Below are positions 37,246 through 47,363 of a stretch of 64,000 nt of DNA, in pieces. The stretch lies in the NCBI GenBank assembly GCA_965248445.1, contig CBDFJG010000004.1:64001-128000 (forward strand), given 5' to 3'. Both the position numbers and the translations under genes were made by a program. Each line of letters starts with the position of its first letter. Positions within the stretch are counted from its first letter, which is position 1. Below the pieces are notes generated by a model. The model ran no database searches, was not told the DNA's origin, and was given only the letters and a program-made list of their open reading frames with translations. This stretch comes from Planctomycetota bacterium. GTDB taxonomy: Bacteria; Planctomycetota; JAJSAM01; JAJVHW01.

Positions 37246-38313
37246 CTAGATCGAGAGCGAGATCACGGTGCGCCAGCCGCGGGGGCGTTGCGTGCTGAAC
37301 ACGATTGGGCGCCCCTCGGTGATCCGGAAGAAGGCGCGGAGATCGCGGACGAGTCGCTCGCACTGCTTCTTGCGATTCCGATGGGCGTCGCGGTCGCTCC
37401 AAGTGAGCCAGCCCTGGCGATTCGCGAACGTGCGCAGCAGTTCCCATTGGAGGGTCGGCTGATGCGTCTTCCGGTTCACCATGCCCATCTCGGCGTAGCT
37501 GAACCGCCCGGCGGTCCCGAGCACGTCGACCGAGACCGTGTGCGAGTCGGTGAACCGGACGTTGACGTCGCTCCACGTGGCATCGCCGGGCGTCGCGAAG
37601 TAGGCCATCCCGCTCTTGCTCGGGCCGTCAGCCGGCTCCGCGATGCCCTCGTGCAGGGACGCGAACACATCAGCCGGCGCCGTGCGGATCGCGAGCGCCC
37701 CTCCGTCCCCGAGGCCGGTGAAGTCGGGGAGCGCTACGACCGCGGCGCCGCGCGACGTGAGTTGGCGTGCCGTGTCCGAGGCGACGTGGTCGGTTGTCGG
37801 GACGATCAAGGCGAACGCTTCCGTCTCCAGCGCGAGGAGGCGCTCACAGACGCTGGTCATGGCCGCGCGGTTGGGTTGAATCGTCAGGTAGACGCCGAAC
37901 TCGCGGCCCGCTACCGGCCGGTAGATACCGCAGACGGCCGTGCGACGAAGCCCCGTCGCTTCGGTCGGTGCATCTCCCCGCAAGTCGAGTCCGTCGCGCA
38001 GCCATGTGGCGAGCCGCAGGAGATCCAACCGACGAATGACTACGTCCTCCCGCGTGAGCGTGAGCGTGTCGCACGTGAGCGGGTCGCGCTGACAGACTGC
38101 GACGATGTCGTCGGCGCCATGCTCGACGACGCGGCGCGGACAGCCATCGCTGCCGGGCTCCGGACAGGGGTACGACGTCGCGTACCCCTCTAACGTCTCG
38201 AGGAACGGCCACACCGCCGTGACCGCGTCCCCGAGGGCCTCTCGCCACTGCGCCTCGACGCCGGAGCGGACCGGCATCGCCTCAAGCGCGCGCCACAGGG
38301 TCTCCGCCGTCAT
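37246..38313 (-). CDS. hypothetical protein with N-terminal Cys motif and a possible C-terminal winged-helix
   Basis: YPCP...GCPRRV...VC; ends KQCERLVRDLRAFF...GWRT. Confidence 0.75.
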   Translation of the reverse strand: MTAETLWRALEAMPVRSGVEAQWREALGDAVTAVWPFLETLEGYATSYPCPEPGSDGCPRRVVEHGADDIVAVCQRDPLTCDTLTLTREDVVIRRLDLLRLATWLRDGLDLRGDAPTEATGLRRTAVCGIYRPVAGREFGVYLTIQPNRAAMTSVCERLLALETEAFALIVPTTDHVASDTARQLTSRGAAVVALPDFTGLGDGGALAIRTAPADVFASLHEGIAEPADGPSKSGMAYFATPGDATWSDVNVRFTDSHTVSVDVLGTAGRFSYAEMGMVNRKTHQPTLQWELLRTFANRQGWLTWSDRDAHRNRKKQCERLVRDLRAFFRITEGRPIVFSTQRPRGWRTVISLSI

Positions 38314-39491
38314 CGTCGAACTCCTCCGGGCGGGGCACGAGGAACTCGCGCATCCGCAGCCACTCCTCGACGTGCTTGCCATCGTCGTCGCGCGTGAAGG
38401 TCGCCACGTTCGGCGGTCGGACGTTCACGCTGCGCGGCGTCTTGCTGTCGCTGAACTTCACGCGGAACTTGGCCCCGCTGATCCGCACGCTGTTGAGGAG
38501 CTCGCGCTCGCGCGCTTCGAGGGCGGCGAAGATGTCGCTCGCGCGGCGAGTCTCCATCTCGTTGTACGCGCCGCCCCAGAAGTACGTCACCTCAGTGAGG
38601 TGGATCGAGTCGATGCCCTCGACGTCCGCGCACACGAGCGCCGCCTTGCCGTGCACCTGAAGCGGCTCGAGCGTGTACTTCCTGAGCGAGGCCGGGAAGT
38701 GCTCCTCATCGCCGAAGAGGTGCAGCCCGAACATGCGGCGGTAGAGGTCCTTCTCGCCCTTCGTCACCGCGTTCACCCGCAGCTCGCCGACGACCGGGTT
38801 GTAGACCACCACGTCGTGCTTCTCGGGGCGGTAGAACACGCTCGACGACTGGCCGTCCTTCACCGCGCCCTCGCGTCGGTACGTGTCGCCATGCCGCACG
38901 AGGAACCACACCTCGTCGGGCTTCGCGTACATGAGTACGCGCACGACGTCGCTCTTCTTCTTCTCCCCGAACCAGTTCCCGAGTGACCGCTCCAGGGCGC
39001 GCATCTGTTTCGCCCGTCGGCCGCGTGAACTGCGTGGTCGGACGATCCTTCGCCAGGAAGGACAGGAACGACTTCTTGCTCGCGACGACGGCCTCGGCGT
39101 GCTGGCGCTCCAAGAGTTCGGGCGAGTGGAGCCACACAGCGATCGCGACATCGCCGGGCGTCAGGTCCGACGAGTTGCCGAGGTCGGGACGGTCATCCAC
39201 CGGCATGCGGTCGATCGTCGCCAGGAGGGTCTGCATCCCGTCCTCCGTCGCCATCTCGTTGGAGATGAACAGCGCGTCGATGAGCGCCTGCGGCATCGTC
39301 TCGTCCGGGTCCACGAGGAAGCTGGCCAGCGCCTCGTAGTCCAGATCGTCACCTCCGGCCGTGCCGTTGACGTGGATCCCATGGTCGGCGAGATAGGGCC
39401 CGTGGGGCGCGAGCAGCTCCCGCAGAATCGGTGGTCGGATGCGCTTGAGTGCGTCGGCGCTGGCGAAGCGCCGGAGTTTGAACGTCGCCAT
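38282..39491 (-). pseudogene. conserved hypothetical protein split by a +1 frameshift at ~39010
   Basis: AGGAGG RBS and MATFKLRRF start. The two overlapping ORFs join as TRPTG-EQMRALER if one A is removed. Confidence 0.7.
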
Positions 39492-39668
39492 GAAACTGGT
39501 CCTCCTGTCCGTCCGCCCGGCTCCGAGGAGTCGGACCCCGCAACGTATCAGGAGGCGACGACGCGCTCAGGGCTCCGTGGCTGCTCCGGCCGGGATGTTG
39601 CGGGATGTCGGACCCCCACATCCCGCAACGATTACCGCAACGGAAGTCCTGCTCTGACAGCCACTTAG

Positions 39669-41337
39669 CCGCATCTGTTCACGAGACGTCGCGATGACGG
39701 TGCTTTCGGAGTCCACAGGGTCAGATCTTGGCCAGGCGAGGGCGGATGCTGTCGTCGTTGCCACAAGGGCAACGCGAGTGAGCGGCCGAAACGGCGCGGA
39801 TTCTGCGGTGTGGGCAGACCGTAGGCCGGGCGGTGGTGTGGCGGACGGCGCGGCGGGACGTCAGGTCGGCTTCGGGGATGCCAGCAGTCGTTGCGCGCAG
39901 CGCTCGAAGACGTGCTGCCAGGGCCACGACGAGGACATCGAGACCCAGATCCGGCGCGTCGTGATCCGCACGAGCGCGCCGATCTTGAGCAGCCGCAGGC
40001 GGATCGTGCCGGCTTGCGCACGCGCCATCTCGGTGCCGGCGAGACCGATGCGTCGCAGCGCACAGGTCAGGACGTAGGCCATGGCCGACATGGCCATCCG
40101 CACGGCGTTGCCCTGCATCGTGTGCACCGACAGACGGGTGCCGAAGAGCTCGAGCTGCTGCTCCTTGATGCGATTCTCCGCCTCGCCCCGGGCGCAGTAG
40201 AGCTGCTCGTAGAGACGCTTGCTGCTCCAGCTACGAGGCGGCAGATTGGTCACCACGAAGCGGGGATTGCGCTTGCCGCCCGGCAGGTGCTCGGCCTTGG
40301 CGACCACGCGACGCCTCTGGCTCCAGCTCCCCAGCGTGGTCCAGGCAAAGTCGCGAAAGACCCGGGCTGCTCGGCCGGTCTGCACGGCACGGGCTGCGGC
40401 CTCATCGAGCGCGTCTTCGACGTGTCGCTCAAGGCGCTCATTGCGCGCCATGCCCAGCAGGTAGAAGTGGCCGGCGGCCTCGCACCAGGCCATCAGCTCC
40501 TCGCGGCAAAAGCCCGAGTCTGCGCGCACGAGCACCTTGGCCCGGGGCCAGCGGCGCCGCAGACGTAAGACCAGCGCACGGAGCTCGTCCACGACTCCGC
40601 GCGCGGGATCTCTGTCAGCGGTCTGGAGCCGAGCGAGCAAGAGGTGCTCGCCGCAGAAGACGTACAGCGGCAGGTAGCAGTAGTGCCCGTAGTAGCCGTG
40701 GAAGAAGCGGCCCTCCTGCCGGCCGTGCAGCCGCACGTCGGAGTGGTCCAGGTCCAGCACGAGCAGGCCCGGATCCTCCGGCCCCATGGCCTCGCAGAAG
40801 ACGTCGCTGAGCACGCTGTCCACGCGCTCCTGGTCCATCTCGATCTTGGCGTAGCGCGTCTGTGCCGTGGCGCCGAGCTGCGTGGTCTCGAGCCGCGAGA
40901 GCGTCGGGTGCGTGGCCAGAGCACCCTCGCGCTTGCCGCACGCCGCGGCAAACAGCGGGTCCTTGCCGACATGGTCGTGGTCCACCAGATCCTCGTAGCC
41001 CGCGCACAGCCCGAAGACCCGCTGACGCAGCATCTGGCCGACCGTGTGCTCGACCCGACGCGGGTCCCGGTGGTCCCCGAAGCAGCGCGCAAACCGCGAG
41101 AGCAGATCGATGCGACGATCGGTCCGCTCGAGCAGCAGCACGCCCCCGTCGCTCGTCACGGTACCGGCGTCGAAGCGCGTCACCGCGGTGCGTCCACAGA
41201 TGCCCGCGAAGAGGGTCCCCTGCGGGCTACAGTCTGTCGTCATCGGGCCGGCGCTCCTGTCGGTGCAAGTACTAGCGAGTACGAGCACTTAGACAGACGA
41301 CGGCCCGCTCAGATTCCCGGCTGGTGAACGATTCGGG
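39669..41337 (-). mobile_element. IS1380-family type A, copy 3 (1669 bp)
   Basis: Same TIRs. Flanks TTAG (39665-68) and CTAG (41338-41) do not match. Confidence 0.95.
39861..41243 (-). CDS. IS1380-family DDE transposase
   Basis: Protein identical to copy 1. Confidence 0.95.
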   Translation of the reverse strand: MTTDCSPQGTLFAGICGRTAVTRFDAGTVTSDGGVLLLERTDRRIDLLSRFARCFGDHRDPRRVEHTVGQMLRQRVFGLCAGYEDLVDHDHVGKDPLFAAACGKREGALATHPTLSRLETTQLGATAQTRYAKIEMDQERVDSVLSDVFCEAMGPEDPGLLVLDLDHSDVRLHGRQEGRFFHGYYGHYCYLPLYVFCGEHLLLARLQTADRDPARGVVDELRALVLRLRRRWPRAKVLVRADSGFCREELMAWCEAAGHFYLLGMARNERLERHVEDALDEAAARAVQTGRAARVFRDFAWTTLGSWSQRRRVVAKAEHLPGGKRNPRFVVTNLPPRSWSSKRLYEQLYCARGEAENRIKEQQLELFGTRLSVHTMQGNAVRMAMSAMAYVLTCALRRIGLAGTEMARAQAGTIRLRLLKIGALVRITTRRIWVSMSSSWPWQHVFERCAQRLLASPKPT

Positions 41338-41407
41338 CTAGCGTGCGTGTCCGTCATTGCCGACGGCTTCCCGGGTGGCAGAGTCCGTTGTGCTGAGGAG
41401 GTGCGAG

Positions 41408-44400
41408 GTGGCTAGCAAACGATGGTCCCACGGTTCTTTTCGCGGCGTGGTGCTCACGACGCTCGTGCTCGTTGTCGGAGTGTGGATGTTCGCCGCCGCC
41501 CTCTTGGCAGCCGACCCGGACGGCGGGTCGATGCCGACGTTCTCGGGTGCACCAGCGGGATTCCCGGCGCTTGCAGCTGGCTCCGCTCCTCAGGCAGGAG
41601 TCGGCGTGTTCGCGGCGACCGGCGAAGTCATGTGCGATATCGGAGTGGCCAGGGCGCGTGGCGTTGAGATGCCGTTCGGCTTCAATGCGTCGTACGGGTC
41701 GCACTCGCTGTACGACGGGCGGCTAGGATTCGGCTGGTGTTCGATTCTCGACTGGAATGCGTTCGAAATGCCGGACGGAAACGTCAACGTTCTCATGGAT
41801 GGCCGGACGTGGCTGTTCGTCAAGAACGGCAGTTCGTACGTCTCGCCATCCGGTGTCGTCGACGTGCTGGCGAAGAACGGCGCCGACAACTTCACGCTCG
41901 CGACGCCCGAAGGCCGGAGCTTCCAGTTCACACCTTACCTGTCGGTTGTCGCTGATCGGTTCGGTAACTCCATCGAAATCGGCCGAGATGTTTCCGGCGA
42001 CCCTCAACAGTTCACGGACACACGAGGGCAAGTTCATCCGATCGCTCTCTGGCCGAACACTGGGCGGCTCAAGACGATTACGATGGCCGATGGCCGAGTC
42101 TGGATGTTCAAGTACGATGCAAACGCGAATCTCACTGAGATCGCCGGCCCAGCGACAGTCCAGTTCCCAAGCGGGATCACGCTCGCCTTCGGGTACTCGA
42201 GTGGTAGTGGCACACCAGCGCTTGACCACAACATGACTTCGGCTACCGATGGACGAGGCGACATCTGGCTGCAGGCGCAGTTCGACACGTCCGATCGGGT
42301 CACGACGCAGACGATCGATAGCGGCACCTTCGTCTTCGACTACGCCGCTGCGGCGAGTTCGAAGACGACCGTGACCGATGATCCGGTTGGCAACGAGTCT
42401 GTGTGGGAGTGGCACCCCTCAAGCGGCGCCCAGACGGCGCTCACCCATAGGACGAACCGCAACGTGCGGCCGTCAGAAGGCGACTACACGACAACTTGGA
42501 CAGCCGACGCCGATGGCTACCACACGAGCGTGACCGATCCGGACGGCGGCGGAATGCGGTGGACGCTGAACGCGGTGAAGCTGCAACTTGTGGAGCGCGC
42601 GAAGTGCGACATGACCGCCTCGGACGACGACGATGCCGACATCGTACAGAGTTGGACATACGACGAGACCAAGCACTACGGCATGACCTCCGAGACTGAC
42701 GCCCTCGGCAGAACGACTACGTTTGCCCTGAACGACTTCGGTCAAGCGTTGACGACGACCTTCCCGACGATCACGAACGTCATCCCGAATATGACGATCA
42801 CGAACGAACACACATACAACGCGAACGGCGCCGTCGCCACCTTCACCGACGGCGTCGGCACGGTTACGGCGTACGAGTACTTCACGAGCGGCGCCAAGAA
42901 GGGCCAGGTCCAGTACGTCCGCGACGACTTCTATGGGATGATCCTCACGACGACCCATGACTACAACGCCTGGGGACAGAGAACATCGGTCACAGACCCG
43001 TCAGGCAACAAGACGACGTACATTGTCGACGCGTACAACAACGTAACCCAGATCAACTCGCCATCCGCACTTGGATACGTCACGAAGATCGCCTACGACG
43101 GCAACTTGAACGTGGTCAAGAAGGAGGTGAAGAATGTCGACGAACATGGACTGCCGCAGACGGTGCCCACCGCATGGTGGACCACAGAGTCCACATACAG
43201 CCCCGGAACCAATCACCTTCTGAGCGTCACAGAGTTCGTGAGCCCAACCCACAACCGTATCACGACAATGACATACGATGGGAACGGGCAGCGCCTGACT
43301 ACCGAGCGGGGGGGCTTCGTCGTCGAGCAGCAATACGACGAGCGGGGGTTGATCTTCAAGAGGATACGAGATCCCGGACCGAGTCCGCACCTCGGCGTAA
43401 CAGAGACGTTCGACTACAACGCCGACGGAGGTCTATCCACCTCGACGAATGGCCGCGGGAAGACGACGACCCTCACGTACGATTGCTTCGGTCGCGCAAC
43501 GAGGAGGACCGACCCTCTCGGGAACTACGAAGAGTGGGCGTACGACAAGAATGGTAGTCAGGTCGAGCACAAGTGGTGGGAGCAGAGTGGCAGTGGCGAT
43601 GTGTTGCTCACGCATAGTAAGTCGTTTTACGACGAGAACGGCGGCCTCTATCGCGAAGACGATCTACTGATCGGGTCCCCAAATGATTGGCTGACACGTT
43701 CTTACGAGTTCGACGAGCGAGGACTACAGACGGTAGTCACGGATCGTCTCGCTCGAGTAACTACGTTGGAGTACGACGGAATGGGGCGGTGCATCAAGGT
43801 AACGGACCCGCTCGGGAACGTGGAAGAGTGGACACACGACGCGAGCGGGAATGCGGTGAGCCACGTCGTCAGTGAGGTCGTGCCCGGGTCATCCAACGAG
43901 TCCTACGTAGCTACGTCGAACTTTGACGAACTCAATCGGATGACTAGCCGTACTGTGATCGATCCGAACGACGGGACCAACACGAAGGTGACCAGTTGGG
44001 AATTCGACTCCCGTAGTGCGCTGAAATCATCGACAGATGCGCAGGGAAGTGTCACGACGAGCACGTTCGACGGAGTCGGTCGCCGCACTTCTCAATCGTC
44101 GCCGATCTCCACGACGATTACCTCGACTACAACCTGGGCGTACGATGATAACGACAACGTCACGATGATCACAGACGACAACCTGAGCCAGACGTCTTTC
44201 ACATTCGACGACATCAAGCGAGTGACCACAGTCACGTATGCCGACGGAACGACGACATCGTACGTATACGATGCCAACGATAACACGATCCAGACTGTCG
44301 ATGCTAACGGGACGCAAGTCGATCGATCCTACGACGATACCGACCGATTGCTCGGCCGCGTAGCCACGTTGGCCGCGGGCGTTGGGGGTGATACCGTCGA

Positions 44401-46534
44401 GGCGTTCACCTACGACGGAATGGGGCGCCTCCTTCAGGTCACCGACAATGACTCTACGGTGGACTTTACGTACGACAGCTTGTCGCGCACGCTGACCGAG
44501 CATCAGGGTGCGAACCCTGTCGGAGGCACCGGTAAGACCGTCACGTACTCGTACGACGCGGAGGGGAACCGGACGTCGGTCACGTATCCCGGCGGGTTCA
44601 CGGCCCTACGAGCCTATGACGGGATCAACCGGCTCGTCCAGATCGACGACGGAAGCGCGAGTCTCGTTGCGGAGTTCGATCTCTACGGCGCCGGTGCACG
44701 CCTGCAGAAGACGACATTCGGCAATGGCACCGTCGCCACGTACGGCCATGACGGATTCCGGCGACCCACGAGCATCGTCCACAAGGACTCCAGCAACACC
44801 CTCGTCGCCGGCTTCTCCTACGGCTGGGACAAGCTCGACAACCCGCTCTACGAGGCTCGGACGCACTCTGCTGGGATTGGCGAGGTGTATGCGTATGACA
44901 AGGCGAGTCGGCTCGCGCAGGTGCTCTACGGCTGCGGCGACCCACCGGCAGAGGTCGCTACCCCGGGCAGCCAAACCTACAGCACGAAGCAAGCGCACAA
45001 CATGGACGGCGTGCTCAATCTCTCAAGCGTCGTCACGACGCCGTCCGGCGGATCACCTACAACCGTCAGCTATACGACTAACGCCGTCAACGAGTACACG
45101 CTCGTCGGCACGTCGAGCCTCGTCTACTTCGCGAATGGTGACCTCAAGGACGACGGCACATTCACATACACATACGATTGTCACGGACATCTCATCGAGG
45201 CGCGCCGCAAGAGTGATGGAGTTGTGGTGGGTGCATACAAGTACGATGCATTTGGGCGCGGTCGTCGGATAGAGCGGGACGCTGGAGGGACCGTGACTCG
45301 CTACGTTCACGCGGGAGGGCATGCGATTGAGGAGTACGACGATGCCAGCGGCTCGCTGCTCCGCCATTTCGCGTTTGGAGACCGATACGACGAAGTCGTC
45401 ATGGTAGATACGGGAACGCGCTACCACATCCACACCCAACTTGTCGGCTCCGTAGTCGCAGCCACGGGACCCACGGGGACTGTGGCGGAGCGATACGAGT
45501 ACGACGCTTTTGGGCGCACGACTATCAAAGATGCGAGTGGGACCACGCTCACCAGCACGCAGATCGGGAATCGGCACGGCTTCACGGGCAGGCAGTTCGA
45601 CGAGGAGACTCAACAGTACCACTATCGTGCCAGGCAGTACTCACCGGGACTCCGACGCTTCCTGCAGCGTGACCCGCTGGGATCGGCAGATGGACCGAAC
45701 CCGTACGCCTACGTCCACATGCGACCGACGATCGAAGTCGACCCGAGCGGCTTGCGCGGTCGACGCGGGCTCCCTCACGGCATCGAGGTCGATGCGACGT
45801 TCATCACGAATGTGAATCCAGGGCTCGCAAGGGCGTCCGGCGGCAACCCCGCGCATGCCGCCATCCGGGCGCTGATAAACGTCGGGGCTCCCCTCGGTAA
45901 GTCGAAAGGGAAGATCGACAAGAAGACGACGTGGAAATGGGCTCGGTTTTCTGGCTGGATGGGTGGTTTCGAGAAGGAGGGAGAGTCATTCGGCATCCGT
46001 CGCAGGCTGCGCAGAGGCGCTACGTCCCAACTCGTCTTTATTCAGACCGTCCGCGAGAAGTTGGTTTGGAAGACGCAACCTGGCCGATGGACCAACAGGG
46101 GCTTCACGAGCTGGGCGATTGACGACGGGGAGCAGACGCCGGGAGCGCCGACCACGCCGACGACGTCGACGTTCCCCGGTCAAGACGGTGACTCAGAATT
46201 TGGAGACAGACGACGCGTTGGCGCCTACGTAATGGGGGACTCTCCGGGGGCTGGTGCGGGAACTCGGCAGGCTCGCTTCGACGCGCTGAATCGGGATTTC
46301 ACAGGAACGGCGGGATTCGGCGATGGAATTCCAAATGGAGCGACGGACGTGAAGTGGATACTCGCCTTCAGAACCTACGTCTATGATATGGACCTGGATA
46401 GGACGCTTGGCTACTTCCCATGGGCAGTCGCGTATACGTACCGGACGACGCAAAACCCGAACCGCCCCGACGGCGAGCCAACTAGCAAAGAGAGAACCTA
46501 TTACCCGAAGAAGATGAAGTTCAAGCGGTTCTGA
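41408..46534 (+). CDS. RHS/YD-repeat protein 1 with predicted Sec signal peptide and an unassigned C-terminal domain
   Basis: GAGGAGG RBS then GTG; LGFGW motif, many YD repeats, core end FTGRQFD...YHYRARQY...FLQRDPLG...DPSGL. Confidence 0.95.
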   Translation: MASKRWSHGSFRGVVLTTLVLVVGVWMFAAALLAADPDGGSMPTFSGAPAGFPALAAGSAPQAGVGVFAATGEVMCDIGVARARGVEMPFGFNASYGSHSLYDGRLGFGWCSILDWNAFEMPDGNVNVLMDGRTWLFVKNGSSYVSPSGVVDVLAKNGADNFTLATPEGRSFQFTPYLSVVADRFGNSIEIGRDVSGDPQQFTDTRGQVHPIALWPNTGRLKTITMADGRVWMFKYDANANLTEIAGPATVQFPSGITLAFGYSSGSGTPALDHNMTSATDGRGDIWLQAQFDTSDRVTTQTIDSGTFVFDYAAAASSKTTVTDDPVGNESVWEWHPSSGAQTALTHRTNRNVRPSEGDYTTTWTADADGYHTSVTDPDGGGMRWTLNAVKLQLVERAKCDMTASDDDDADIVQSWTYDETKHYGMTSETDALGRTTTFALNDFGQALTTTFPTITNVIPNMTITNEHTYNANGAVATFTDGVGTVTAYEYFTSGAKKGQVQYVRDDFYGMILTTTHDYNAWGQRTSVTDPSGNKTTYIVDAYNNVTQINSPSALGYVTKIAYDGNLNVVKKEVKNVDEHGLPQTVPTAWWTTESTYSPGTNHLLSVTEFVSPTHNRITTMTYDGNGQRLTTERGGFVVEQQYDERGLIFKRIRDPGPSPHLGVTETFDYNADGGLSTSTNGRGKTTTLTYDCFGRATRRTDPLGNYEEWAYDKNGSQVEHKWWEQSGSGDVLLTHSKSFYDENGGLYREDDLLIGSPNDWLTRSYEFDERGLQTVVTDRLARVTTLEYDGMGRCIKVTDPLGNVEEWTHDASGNAVSHVVSEVVPGSSNESYVATSNFDELNRMTSRTVIDPNDGTNTKVTSWEFDSRSALKSSTDAQGSVTTSTFDGVGRRTSQSSPISTTITSTTTWAYDDNDNVTMITDDNLSQTSFTFDDIKRVTTVTYADGTTTSYVYDANDNTIQTVDANGTQVDRSYDDTDRLLGRVATLAAGVGGDTVEAFTYDGMGRLLQVTDNDSTVDFTYDSLSRTLTEHQGANPVGGTGKTVTYSYDAEGNRTSVTYPGGFTALRAYDGINRLVQIDDGSASLVAEFDLYGAGARLQKTTFGNGTVATYGHDGFRRPTSIVHKDSSNTLVAGFSYGWDKLDNPLYEARTHSAGIGEVYAYDKASRLAQVLYGCGDPPAEVATPGSQTYSTKQAHNMDGVLNLSSVVTTPSGGSPTTVSYTTNAVNEYTLVGTSSLVYFANGDLKDDGTFTYTYDCHGHLIEARRKSDGVVVGAYKYDAFGRGRRIERDAGGTVTRYVHAGGHAIEEYDDASGSLLRHFAFGDRYDEVVMVDTGTRYHIHTQLVGSVVAATGPTGTVAERYEYDAFGRTTIKDASGTTLTSTQIGNRHGFTGRQFDEETQQYHYRARQYSPGLRRFLQRDPLGSADGPNPYAYVHMRPTIEVDPSGLRGRRGLPHGIEVDATFITNVNPGLARASGGNPAHAAIRALINVGAPLGKSKGKIDKKTTWKWARFSGWMGGFEKEGESFGIRRRLRRGATSQLVFIQTVREKLVWKTQPGRWTNRGFTSWAIDDGEQTPGAPTTPTTSTFPGQDGDSEFGDRRRVGAYVMGDSPGAGAGTRQARFDALNRDFTGTAGFGDGIPNGATDVKWILAFRTYVYDMDLDRTLGYFPWAVAYTYRTTQNPNRPDGEPTSKERTYYPKKMKFKRF

Positions 46535-46831
46535 ATTCGGCGCCAAGGGAGCCATCGAGGGCATTTCGTGACAGTCGATCCGCGGAGCGGTGAGGGGGGC
46601 GTCGTGTCGGTTGCCGGCGTCGACTCGATCGTGACGCTCGCTCAAGTGAGACCGTGGACAGCGAGCATCGTGGCGTGCTGCGGTCTGTTTGGGTTTTCGT
46701 TCTTTCTCGGAGACGAGTTGTTTCCAGAGATCATCCGCGAACAATGGACCCCGCAGTATTATCGGACTCAGGGATTTCCGCAAGAGCGTCTGCCCGTGCA
46801 GATGATATTCGGCGTGCCCTCGAGCGCAGCA

Positions 46832-46861
46832 AATGGAGGAACTTCCAATGGAGGAACTTCC
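46832..46861 (+). repeat. 15-bp tandem duplication containing the RBS
   Basis: AATGGAGGAACTTCC twice, immediately before the ATG at 46863. Confidence 0.9.
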
Positions 46862-46862
46862 G

Positions 46863-47363
46863 ATGACCCGGTCTCGTTCACGCAATCTCGCGTTCGGACT
46901 TCTTGCCCTGGTGGCCGTGGCGCTGTCAGCCACGGCGCACTCTGGCCCGAGCAACGAGAGGGTCACACGCCTCCGAACGATCTGCGAGTCGCCGATCGGT
47001 GTCTCGCGTCGCGCGGCGCTGATGGAGGAGCTTCTGGGCATCGGCACCGGCGCGTCTCGGAGCGCGCTTACTGCCATGGCGGCGAGCAAGGACGACAAGC
47101 TGGCCGCGATGGCGATCGCCACGATCGGTCGCGGCGACTACTCAGGCGCTCGCGCGAAGCTGAAGATCATCTACGAGGACACCAAGCGGACCGACGGCGT
47201 GCGGTGCGCCGCGCTCGCTGCCTGGTGTCGCGCAGAGAAGTCCGACAGCAAGAAGTGGAAGGACGTGAGCTCGTACGTGAACGCGAAGGCGGGCACGAAC
47301 CAGCGTCTCCAGGGCATGGCGCTCGCGATCCGCGGTGGCCTGTTCGGGGAAGGGGGCCGCTGA
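46863..47363 (+). CDS. secreted HEAT-repeat-like helical protein
   Basis: Signal peptide; helical repeats (RRAALMEELL, AAMAIATIG, VRCAALAAW); TGATG-coupled to RHS 2. Confidence 0.75.
   Translation: MTRSRSRNLAFGLLALVAVALSATAHSGPSNERVTRLRTICESPIGVSRRAALMEELLGIGTGASRSALTAMAASKDDKLAAMAIATIGRGDYSGARAKLKIIYEDTKRTDGVRCAALAAWCRAEKSDSKKWKDVSSYVNAKAGTNQRLQGMALAIRGGLFGEGGR

Larger units (their letters stand above)
26040..39668 (-). mobile_element. tRNA-Pro-targeting integrative element (integration, replication/recombination and regulation modules), bounded by IS elements
   Basis: att core, integrase, Xis and a co-oriented coupled operon. The right side is cut by an IS1380 with mismatched flanks (TTAG vs CTAG). 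Confidence 0.8.

Noticed and set aside
46568..47362. N-terminal 265 aa of the 1948-aa ORF as part of RHS 2
   Set aside because: It overlaps the HEAT-like gene in another frame; the signal peptide and coupled ATG are at 47363.
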